Below are positions 29,835 to 38,482 of a stretch of DNA of 64,000 nt, in pieces. Position 1 is the stretch's first letter. Each line of letters begins with the position of its first letter. The DNA is from an uncultured delta proteobacterium. Its GTDB lineage: Bacteria > Desulfobacterota > RBG-13-43-22. The stretch is taken from the NCBI GenBank assembly GCA_963711835.1, contig CAVQFQ010000025.1:32001-96000 (forward strand), read 5' to 3'. Position numbers and translations under genes: made by a program. Below the pieces are notes generated by a model. It saw only the letters and a program-made list of their open reading frames with translations, was not told where the DNA came from and did no database searches.

Positions 29835-31892
29835 TTGAAGGATAACAACGCGACTGTGATTTTCCAACCTTCTGGCCGCAGAGGGCTTGTTGAGAAAGGG
29901 ATTTCTTTAATTGAGGCTTCCCGAAGGTTGGGTGTAGACATCGAGGCCTTATGTGGGGAGAAAAAGAAGTGCGGCAAATGCAAGATTCGGATTGAAGAGG
30001 GTTTTTTTGAAAAGTTCGGTATTCAATCCAGCCTGTCCCATACGTCTCCCTGGTTGGAAGAGGAAGATAAGTATGTCAATGAACAGGAGAAGAACACCGG
30101 TTATCGCCTGGGATGTGTTGCCAATGTTGAGGGGGATCTTTTGGTCTTCGTACCGGAAGAATCCCGGGCCGGCAAACAGGTGGTGAGTAAAAAGGCCCGG
30201 GACATCTACATCGAGCATAACCCGGCCGTCAGGATCTATTATGTCGAAGTGGACCCGCCTACTTTTGAGGACCCTACCGGCGATTTTGAACGAATCTGTA
30301 GGGAGCTGGAAAAACAATATGGGCTTGGCAAGTTAACGATCGACTTCTTCACCCTTCGGCAACTCCCCATGGCCCTTCGCGATGGAGACTGGAAAGTGAC
30401 CGTGAGCATCTGGAATGACCTTGAGATCATCCGGGTGCGGCCCGGCAAGGCCGAGGCTGCTTATGGAATCGCCATTGATGTGGGGACTACCACCGTGGCC
30501 GGGTATTTTTGCAATCTCAACACCATGGAGGTTGTAGATACCGTCACCCTGATGAATCCTCAGTGTAAATACGGGGAAGACGTCATGGCCCGAATTACCT
30601 GTCATATGACGAACCCGGACGGCCTCAAACGGATGAGCGACGACATTATCGAGGGCCTGAACTGGATCATCGGTGAGGCCGTTAAGAACACCTTTCCTCC
30701 CAAGAAAAAGGTAAAAAGATCTGACGGGGAGGAAGGCCCTGAGGAATGGGTGGAGGTGCCGGAAGAAGGGAAGACCTATCTCCGGCTTACCTTGGATGAT
30801 GTCGAGGATGTAACCATTGGCGGGAATACAGCCATGCATCATATCCTGCTCCAGCTCAACCCGGAATTTGTGGGGATGGCCCCCTTTCCTCCGGTGATTC
30901 ATCACAGCCTGGATGTCAAGACCCGGGATATCGGTCTCAATATTAACCGCGGATCCTATGTCTTCGTCCTGCCAAATGAGGCAGGTTTCGTGGGGGCCGA
31001 TAATGTGGGGGTGCTTATCGCAGAGGAACCCTATAAGTCCGATGAGACCCAGCTTATCATTGATATCGGGACAAACGGCGAGCTGGTTCTGGGCAACAGG
31101 CACAAGCTGATATCCTCCTCATGTGCTACGGGCCCGGCCCTGGAAGGGGCCCAGCTTCAATTCGGCATGCGGGCCGCCCCGGGGGCCATTGAACGGATCA
31201 AAATTGATCCGGAGACCCATGAAGTGGATTACAAGGTGATCGGGCGGGATGCCTGGCGGCAGTACTCCGAACCCAAGGAGATGAAGACCAAGGGAATCTG
31301 CGGATCGGGGATCCTGGATGTCTTGGCCGAACTTTATCGTTCCGGGGTTATTATGAAGAGCGGTGTGTTCAGTAAGAATCAAAAATCGAACCGCTCCCGT
31401 ATTAATCCGGAAACCAAGCAACCTGAATTTGTGATTGCCTGGGCAAATGAGACTAGTATCGGGCGGGATGTGGTAATTTCCCAAAAGGATATCAGACAAA
31501 TCCAACTGGCCAAAGGAGCCCTATATTGCGGATGTAAATTGATGATGCGGCGTATGGGTATTGATAAGGTGGAGATAGTAAAGATTGCCGGGGCTTTTGG
31601 TACCCACGTAGACCGAGAAAAGGCCTTGATCATGGGTCTATTCCCGGATTGTGCGATCGACAAGATTGTTTCCATAGGAAACGCCGCCGGGGATGGAGCT
31701 AGGGCGGCCCTGTTGAACCGGGAAAAACGGATTGAGGCCAACTGGGTCTCCCGCAATGTGGAATATATTGAATTGACGGTGGAAAAGGATTTCCAGGTTC
31801 AATTTATGGAGGCCATGCAGATACCCCATATGAAGGATGCCTTTCTCCATTTGGAAGGATTGGTAAGAGCTGAAATTCTTCACCAGAAATAA
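29835..31892 (+). CDS. ASKHA-type ATP-dependent reductive activator of corrinoid proteins (RACE/RamA-like, DUF4445)
   Basis: N-terminal 2Fe-2S (CG...CGKC...RLGC), DVGTTT, GFVGAD, DIGTNGE, GPALEG, GICGSG, GNAA. Confidence 0.92.
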   Translation: MKDNNATVIFQPSGRRGLVEKGISLIEASRRLGVDIEALCGEKKKCGKCKIRIEEGFFEKFGIQSSLSHTSPWLEEEDKYVNEQEKNTGYRLGCVANVEGDLLVFVPEESRAGKQVVSKKARDIYIEHNPAVRIYYVEVDPPTFEDPTGDFERICRELEKQYGLGKLTIDFFTLRQLPMALRDGDWKVTVSIWNDLEIIRVRPGKAEAAYGIAIDVGTTTVAGYFCNLNTMEVVDTVTLMNPQCKYGEDVMARITCHMTNPDGLKRMSDDIIEGLNWIIGEAVKNTFPPKKKVKRSDGEEGPEEWVEVPEEGKTYLRLTLDDVEDVTIGGNTAMHHILLQLNPEFVGMAPFPPVIHHSLDVKTRDIGLNINRGSYVFVLPNEAGFVGADNVGVLIAEEPYKSDETQLIIDIGTNGELVLGNRHKLISSSCATGPALEGAQLQFGMRAAPGAIERIKIDPETHEVDYKVIGRDAWRQYSEPKEMKTKGICGSGILDVLAELYRSGVIMKSGVFSKNQKSNRSRINPETKQPEFVIAWANETSIGRDVVISQKDIRQIQLAKGALYCGCKLMMRRMGIDKVEIVKIAGAFGTHVDREKALIMGLFPDCAIDKIVSIGNAAGDGARAALLNREKRIEANWVSRNVEYIELTVEKDFQVQFMEAMQIPHMKDAFLHLEGLVRAEILHQK

Positions 31893-31903
31893 GCAGGGTT
31901 TAA

Positions 31904-32248
31904 ATGCAGAAAGACCAACCAGAGAAGAGAGGCGTCCAAGTATCCGTGGAACCGGGTATTTGCGGCTTTTCTTGTACGATCAAGGCCAGGATAAAGGAAC
32001 GCTGGTCAGTGCAACTGGAAATTAATTCCGGCTGTGAGCAGATCCAGAACCTTTCTAACCTCTTGAAGGATATTACGGTCAAGGATTTGTTTTTGCCTAT
32101 AACCCGGAATCCTCTTTATCTTTCGGCTGAACAAGCGGGTTGTCACCCTTCCTGCGCGGTTCCGGTAGCGGCGGTTAAAGCGACCGAAGTGGCCATGGGG
32201 ACAGCCCTGCCGCAAGAGGTCAAGATTGAATTCGAGGTCATGAAATAA
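31904..32248 (+). CDS. Small Cys-rich protein (DUF6951-like)
   Basis: PGICGF, SGC, HPSCAVP; paralogue at 47919. Confidence 0.7.
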   Translation: MQKDQPEKRGVQVSVEPGICGFSCTIKARIKERWSVQLEINSGCEQIQNLSNLLKDITVKDLFLPITRNPLYLSAEQAGCHPSCAVPVAAVKATEVAMGTALPQEVKIEFEVMK

Positions 32249-32275
32249 TTTAAATTTATTGCGGAAAGGTAAAAA

Positions 32276-33547
32276 ATGATTTCAAAACCTATCCATCTGG
32301 TAGTCGTTCATAGTGGAGATTCAAATTGAAAGCCCTGCGAGCGGGCGCTGGATGCGGCTCAAAAGATAAAGGATCGTTTTGGCAATGCCATCCGATTCGA
32401 AGCCTTTACCATTGCTTCGGAAGAAGGAAAGGCCTTTAAAGTCACCACCTCAACCAATGTCTTTGTAAATGGGGAACTGCTTCCCCTAAACACCTGGCTG
32501 GAGGAAGAGAAATTCGTTCAGTATATTCAGGAAGCTATCGGAGGAAAGGAAAAAGCAGCCGGAAAGATTGAGGTACACGAAAAGTTCGACGTGGTGATCA
32601 TTGGCGGCGGCCCGGCCGGATTGACGGCAGGTATCTATTGTGCTCGCGCCAGGCTGAAAACCATCTTATTGGAAGGGGCCAGCCTTGGTGGTCAGGTGGC
32701 TATGACGGACAAGATTGAAAATTACCCGGGGTACACCGGCGAAAGCGGCCCTGAATTAATTAATACTATGGAAAGGCAGGCCAGGAAGTTCGGTCTTGAG
32801 ATACAAACGTTCAAAACGGTGACCCAGATCATGGGAGACGGGTTGCTCAAAGAAGTCTATGCCGGAAATGATCTTTATCCCTGCGAGGCGCTTATCTTAG
32901 CCACCGGCCTTAAGACATCGGAATTAAATCTTGAAAAAGAAGATTATTTCAGGGGCAAAGGCCTGTCGTATTGTGCCGTTTGTGATGCTAATTTTTTTGT
33001 CGGAAAGAAAGTTGTGGTCGTCGGGGGCGGGGACACCGCGGCTGAAGATGCCTTGTACCTGTCCAAATTTGCCTCACAGGTTTTTATTGTCCACAGAAGG
33101 GACGAGTTGCGGGCGGCAAAAATATTACAAGAAGCCGTTTCCTGCAATGAAAAGATCACCGTCTTGTGGAGCCATGTCGTCCAGAGTCTGGTTGGGGACA
33201 CGGTGTTGGAGGGGCTGGTTTTGAGGGATCTGAAGACCGGAAACGAAACCAGGCTGGATGTGGAGGGTTTTTTCGTTGCCATTGGATCTCGTCCCTACAC
33301 CGGCTTCATTAAAAACCTGGTGGCTATGGATGAACAAGGGTTTGTCCTGGTAAATTCCAGGATGGAGACTTCCTATCCAGGTATCTTTGCGGCTGGTGAT
33401 ATCAGAGACACCCCTTTGAGACAGGTATCCACAGCCGTTGGCGATGGGGCCATTGCGGCCATATCGGCTGAAAAATTTGTCAGAGACGTGAAGGATAAAG
33501 GCGAGTGTAAACTACCCGAATCAAAAACGGCCTCCTTTCCTTTTTGA
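32276..33547 (+). CDS. trxB: Putative selenoprotein: N-terminal UxxC thioredoxin-like domain fused to thioredoxin reductase
   Basis: ATG 32276 (GGAAAGG RBS) is in frame with the TrxR ORF; the only stop is TGA 32327 in U-K-P-C; TrxR motifs GGGPAG, CAVCD, GGGDTA, HRRD. Confidence 0.85.
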
Positions 33548-33550
33548 TTC

Positions 33551-34498
33551 ATGGTTCTGAAAAACAGAATGCCTCCAGTAACTATGTATATCATAGGCGG
33601 TTTCCTTGGTTCCGGGAAGACCACTTTTTTGCAAACCCTGTTGGATTGGCAGGGCGATCTTTCCTCCACCGCTGTTATGGTTAACGAATTTGGGGAAATC
33701 TCGGTTGACGGGATGCTCCTGGATTCGAAAGGTAGCCAGCTTGTGGAATTGGCCAGCGGATGCATCTGCTGCTCCATGAGAGGGGAATTTATCAAGAGTT
33801 TGGAGAATGTTTTAGATAATTTTACGATTACCAGAATTTTTGTTGAGACAACGGGCGTGGCCGATACCTTGGAACTTATTTCGGTTCTGAAAGAATCCAA
33901 GGTCTCGGAACGTGTTGCCCTGAAAAAGATTATTTGCGTCCTGGATGCCGACCTCTGGCCGGGAAGAGATAATTTTGGGCTGGTTTTTTTAAATCAAATA
34001 AAGGCTGCCGATCTGATCCTTCTCAATAAAGTCGATCTCGTCGAAAAAGGTCAGGTGGTTCCCTTTATGGAAGAGATACAAAAGATAAATCCCGACAGTC
34101 TGGTCATCCCTACTTATTACTGCAGGATAGACCTGGATCTGCTTTTGGATGGGGAAGAACGAGATCGCCCCCTGCGCCTCGACACAGTGAATGGGCTGCC
34201 AGACTTTAATTCTAATCTGGAGAAGCCCATCGGTTTTGCGACTTTTCTTTTTCAGGAGGAGGGCTCGCTCTCCGAGGCTTGTTTCAAAGAGTTCCTTGAT
34301 AAAATCCCTCCCCACATTTTTCGTATTAAGGGGCAAGTAAGGTTTTCGGGAAAGGCTTTTCTGCTGAACCATGTCGGAGGCAGGAGCCAATGGATCGAAT
34401 CTGAAAACAAAAGTGGCTCCCAATTGGTCTTTATCGGCTGGAATATGGATACGGAGGCCCTTAAGGCCGATCTGGCAGCTTGCCTGGAGGGCAAGTGA
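33551..34498 (+). CDS. CobW/COG0523 metallochaperone GTPase
   Basis: GFLGSGKTT, NEFGE, GCICC, ETTG, NKVD, RIKG. Confidence 0.9.
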   Translation: MVLKNRMPPVTMYIIGGFLGSGKTTFLQTLLDWQGDLSSTAVMVNEFGEISVDGMLLDSKGSQLVELASGCICCSMRGEFIKSLENVLDNFTITRIFVETTGVADTLELISVLKESKVSERVALKKIICVLDADLWPGRDNFGLVFLNQIKAADLILLNKVDLVEKGQVVPFMEEIQKINPDSLVIPTYYCRIDLDLLLDGEERDRPLRLDTVNGLPDFNSNLEKPIGFATFLFQEEGSLSEACFKEFLDKIPPHIFRIKGQVRFSGKAFLLNHVGGRSQWIESENKSGSQLVFIGWNMDTEALKADLAACLEGK

Positions 34499-34552
34499 TC
34501 ATGAAGGAAGGACTTTCCAAAAGTGTTTGGATATCAGAAAGGGGATTGGGCC

Positions 34553-34990
34553 GTGGATAAGGAGTCTATTCAAAAAGGTATGCTGGCCTTAGCGCAGGAG
34601 GGATTTCGCTGCAGCCAAATTATGCTGGCCTTGGGACTCAAACGCCAGGGCAAGGAAAACCCGGATCTGATTCGAGCCATGGGCGGTTTGATCGTCGGGG
34701 TCGGCTACAGCGGCAAGATTTGCGGTGCCCTCACCGGGGGTACTTGCCTGATCACTTTGTATGCCGGTAGGGGGCGGGCTGATGAGAAAGAGCACCCTAA
34801 GCTGTGGCCCATGGTCCAGGAATTCGTTGAATGGTTTGAGTCGGAGATAGGGGAAAACAAGGGAATCATTGACTGTGATGGGATCCTGGAAAGAGCCGGT
34901 GTAGCTAAACCTTCCAGCGAGACCTGCGGACCGATCGTACTTAAAGCCTACATAAAGGCCGTTTCCATTTTAGAGGCAAACGGACTATAG
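34553..34990 (+). CDS. C-GCAxxG-C-C family redox protein (DVU_1555-like)
   Basis: CSQ, ICGALTGG, DC and TC residues. Confidence 0.8.
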   Translation: MDKESIQKGMLALAQEGFRCSQIMLALGLKRQGKENPDLIRAMGGLIVGVGYSGKICGALTGGTCLITLYAGRGRADEKEHPKLWPMVQEFVEWFESEIGENKGIIDCDGILERAGVAKPSSETCGPIVLKAYIKAVSILEANGL

Positions 34991-35040
34991 CAAAAAAAAT
35001 ACCATAAATTAAACTCGAAAAAGAAAGGGGGCGAGAGAAG

Positions 35041-35259
35041 GTGGCGAACGAAATAAAGACAAGCAAGTTGCAGATTATTGCCAATACGGGGAACTGAATA
35101 CCGATTATTAAAATAGCCCTGGAAGGGACTGAAGGGGTTGAAAAGGCCGAGGTCGATATTCAATATGCCACCGTATGGCATGATCCGGCTAAGGTTTCTG
35201 CTGATCAGTTGGCCGCCATAGTAACCAAAGCAGGAAAAGATTGTTTTCCTGTAAGTTAA
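35041..35259 (+). CDS. Putative HMA-fold (CopZ/MerP-like) selenoprotein, one Sec
   Basis: MANEIKTSKLQIIANTGN-U-IPIIKIALEGTEGVEKAEVDIQYATVWHDPAKVSADQLAAIVTKAG; TGA 35095; CCC-TGGAA-GGG hairpin. Confidence 0.75.
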
Positions 35260-35283
35260 GACAAGCCTGAAAGGAGGGCAAAC

Positions 35284-36333
35284 ATGAGCATTCCAAAAGA
35301 CAAAATGACCCCCAAGGAAAGAATGGGCTCCCTACTTCAAGGAAAACCCATTGACAGAGTCCCTTGCATTCCGGTTATCCTTAACGGTTGTGCCAGAGTG
35401 GCAGGCTATACCATCAAGGAAATGACCCTGGACGGAGAGAAGTTCGGTAAGGCTAATGTAGCCACTTATAAAAAATACGGCCATGATATGATTTGTCTGC
35501 TTGATGCCACGGGTACCACAGCCGAGGCAGCGGGAACCAAACTGAATTATCCGGATGAGATGCCTGCTTTTGTGGAAGACCCCTTGATCAAGTCCAGGGA
35601 CGATTTAAAAAAGCTGCGTCCACTGGACCCCACCAAGGATGGCCGCCTCAACAATTACCTGATAGCCACGGAGTATTGCGTTTCAGAAGTAGGCAACGAG
35701 GTGTTTGTCGGGACCCTCTTTGCCGGCGCCTTTACCACCGCAGCCTGTTTGAGAGGCACTGAGGCCCTTTTGAAAGATATCTATAAAGATAAAGAAATGG
35801 TCCATCATCTGGTGAGATGGGCAACCGACGTCACCATACCTTTTTTAGATGAAGTCATCAAAAGAGGGGGCGTTCCGTTTTTGTGTGAGCCGGTAGGTAC
35901 GGGAAGCATCCTGAATCCCAAAGCCTTTGCTGAATTTGTAGAACCGTATCAGAAAGAATTAAACGATTTTGTAAAATCTAAAGGTCTCCCCGCGCTAAAT
36001 CATATCTGTGGGAATTCCCTGCCGATCATGGAACCTTGGCTCCGGACCGGCCCGACGGTCATTAGTGTGGATCGGGTGGATATCGGGGAGATCTCAAAAA
36101 AGTTTGGAGATAAGGTGGGATTGTGTGGGAATGTCAATCCCGGGAAGACGCTCTTTATGGGTTCCCCGGAAGCGGTCGATGCCGAGGTAAAGGATATTAT
36201 GGAAAAAGCTGGGAAAAATCCCTGCGGTTTTGTGCTGGCTTCGGGGTGCGAAGTGCCCAGTGAAACGCCTCCGGAGAATATCTTTGCCATGATGGATGCC
36301 GCGAGAAAATATGGGCAACATCCATTACCTTAG
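35284..36333 (+). CDS. MtaA/CmuA (URO-D-fold) methyltransferase
   Basis: MTPKER, DRVP, NHICG, GNVNP, ASGCE. Confidence 0.88.
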   Translation: MSIPKDKMTPKERMGSLLQGKPIDRVPCIPVILNGCARVAGYTIKEMTLDGEKFGKANVATYKKYGHDMICLLDATGTTAEAAGTKLNYPDEMPAFVEDPLIKSRDDLKKLRPLDPTKDGRLNNYLIATEYCVSEVGNEVFVGTLFAGAFTTAACLRGTEALLKDIYKDKEMVHHLVRWATDVTIPFLDEVIKRGGVPFLCEPVGTGSILNPKAFAEFVEPYQKELNDFVKSKGLPALNHICGNSLPIMEPWLRTGPTVISVDRVDIGEISKKFGDKVGLCGNVNPGKTLFMGSPEAVDAEVKDIMEKAGKNPCGFVLASGCEVPSETPPENIFAMMDAARKYGQHPLP

Positions 36334-36349
36334 ATAGGAGGTGTAACTT

Positions 36350-36580
36350 ATGGAAGACATAAAAGAGATTATCATTAAGATCCCCAGCTTAACTTGAACT
36401 ACTTGAGAGGTGATGGTTAACGCGGCTCTGGATGAGTCCGTCGGCGTTCTTGAGTATGAAACAAGTATTGCAACACTGCAAACACGGGTGAAATTTAATT
36501 CAAATCAAACCAACGAAGAGACCTTGATGGAAAATATCAAGAAGAAAACAGGTTATAGTAACCTATACGTACTCTCATAA
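36350..36580 (+). CDS. Putative HMA-fold selenoprotein with UxxU motif
   Basis: AGGAGG RBS; MEDIKEIIIKIPSLT-U-TT-U-EVMVNAALDESVGV...TGY; TGA 36395 and 36404 occupy both Cys of the MTCxxC motif. Confidence 0.85.
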
Positions 36581-36915
36581 GGTTCGTGTCCTTTCTGGGG
36601 GGCGGAGATTTCTATCCTATCCCCAGAAAGGATAAATTTTTCAATCAGGGTCGTTCAATTCCCTTTCGTCATTCCACTATTAAATCCCTTCAGGAAGAAT
36701 TTTTTTTCATATCGGCATTAATATTTCAACCAAGTTATAAGAATGAGCTAGAAGAAAAAATATATTATCGGAAATATCTATTTAAAAATAAATTTGCATC
36801 CAAATTTTCTATTTGATCTATCGCCTTAACCATAATAATAGAACAACATTTAGATTCCTAGTTCAGCACAATCTGTATGCGCAATTAAGTTGAATCAAAA
36901 TAGAGAGGCTGAGAA

Positions 36916-37524
36916 ATGAAAGAGAAAAGGATCATTGATTGTCGAGGCCTTGCCTGCCCTCAACCGGTAATTCAAACTAAGGAGGCCCTTGAAAAGTTCT
37001 CAGCCGGCTGTCTTCAAGTTATAGCCGATAATGATTCCTCCTGCATCAATGTCAGGCGTTACGCCGAGAGCCAGGGGCATCTGGTTCAAGTTGAGGAAAA
37101 GGAAGGAAATTATTTTTTGGAGATTGAGAAAAGAAATGCTTCAATTGCCTCGGATAGGTTAACCGAAGTTTCCCAGGAAGCTCAGGAAAAGAGCCTTGTG
37201 ATTTATATTGCTTCCGAAGGGGTTGGAAGGGGAGATGATGAATTGGGCCGTATTCTAATGGCCGCCTACCTGGATACCCTCTCCCAATTTGCCCGAGAGA
37301 TCTCTCACCTGATTTTTATGAATAGTGGGGTCAAGTTGGCAGTGGAGGGCTCTTCAGTTCTTGAGCAAATAGAAAATCTGAAGAGCATGGGTGTCGAGGT
37401 GCTGAGCTGCGGTACCTGCTTGAATTTTTTCGGGGTTATTGAAAAACTTCGAGTCGGCTCTGTTTCCAATATGATGATTATACAGGAGATCCTTTCTAAG
37501 GCGAAAAAGGTCTTGAGCCCATAA
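36916..37524 (+). CDS. yedF: Selenium-metabolism protein YedF (SirA/TusA + DsrE domains)
   Basis: IDCRGLACPQPV, GRGDDELG, NSGV, SCGTCL, GSVSNM. Confidence 0.88.
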   Translation: MKEKRIIDCRGLACPQPVIQTKEALEKFSAGCLQVIADNDSSCINVRRYAESQGHLVQVEEKEGNYFLEIEKRNASIASDRLTEVSQEAQEKSLVIYIASEGVGRGDDELGRILMAAYLDTLSQFAREISHLIFMNSGVKLAVEGSSVLEQIENLKSMGVEVLSCGTCLNFFGVIEKLRVGSVSNMMIIQEILSKAKKVLSP

Positions 37525-37647
37525 AAAATAAACCGGTGAATTTTCACCTACTGAGGCGGATATCTTATTTTTCAAATATAAAATAATACCTCCCGATCGA
37601 TCATGTCGGTTAAACGGATTGTTTGTACCTGTGATGAAAGGAGCTGC

Positions 37648-38187
37648 GTGGAAAACAAAAGGCATTCCCGTAATAAGATAAAGCCAGCCTCACTGATTTC
37701 ACTGGTCCAAAGAGCCCTCGAATTGGGGGCGAATGAAGCCAAGCCTTTGAGGACGGATCAGGTGGTTTTTGATCCTCGTGCCCATCTCAAGTGCCGCTTT
37801 GGCTGCGGGCGCTGGGGCAAGTATTGGACCTGCCCACCCCATCTTGCTCTCCCGCAGTCCACTTTTGATAAAGCCTTTGCTCGATACCAGACGGCTTTGG
37901 TTATCAAAACCAGCGATCCCAAATCCGGGCAAGAGGTGGCCCTATCTTTGGAAAAAGAGGCCATGTTACAATATGGCTGCTCCTTTGCCCTGGCCCTGGC
38001 CCTCTGTGTTCAGTGTGAAGAGTGCGCTTATCCGGAGCCCTGCCGTTACCCTCACCTGGCCAGGCCGGCCTTGGATGCCTTAGGCGTAGACGTGGGCAAG
38101 ACCCTGGAGCCTCTGGGCTTTAAGGTGGAATTCGACAAGGAAGGCCTGCTCCTTCCCGTCTGGTACACCATGGTCTTGCTGGATTAA
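37648..38187 (+). CDS. DUF2284-type Cys-rich metal-binding protein
   Basis: KCRFGC..WG..WTCPP, CxxCxxC, CRYP..ARP..GVDV. Confidence 0.8.
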   Translation: MENKRHSRNKIKPASLISLVQRALELGANEAKPLRTDQVVFDPRAHLKCRFGCGRWGKYWTCPPHLALPQSTFDKAFARYQTALVIKTSDPKSGQEVALSLEKEAMLQYGCSFALALALCVQCEECAYPEPCRYPHLARPALDALGVDVGKTLEPLGFKVEFDKEGLLLPVWYTMVLLD

Positions 38188-38482
38188 GATTTAAAGCCTT
38201 GTGGTCTGAGGGGGTCGGCTTTCGGGAATGCCGTTTCAGAGAGGATGTGTATCATAAAAAATGGTTATATTCTTTCTTGGAATGCCTCCTCCCACCTGAT
38301 TTTGAAGAGTTGGTAACGTCAACCCAATACCCTTTCTAATTGTACTGCCCTAATCTTTGCAGCGCATAGGGGCCATCCCACCCTTTTAAAGATGGGAAAT
38401 CCCGTCAATCAAAGGAACATACGGGAATCGGCCGGATAAAAAATGTCTGGTTCCGGCGGCCGGATTTTGTTATAGTTGGCCC

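Noticed and set aside
33545-34498. TGA stops of trxB and cobW as readthrough sites
   Set aside because: Both proteins are complete at these stops, and I saw no (T)GGA-loop hairpin at the expected distance.
36586-36816. 76-aa ORF in the AT-rich spacer before yedF (and 27421-27675)
   Set aside because: No RBS or motifs, and composition is typical of promoter DNA.
38190-38480. Possible cobalamin riboswitch in intergenic regions of this B12-rich locus
   Set aside because: I could not find a convincing B12-box or core pattern by eye; an Rfam scan would settle it.
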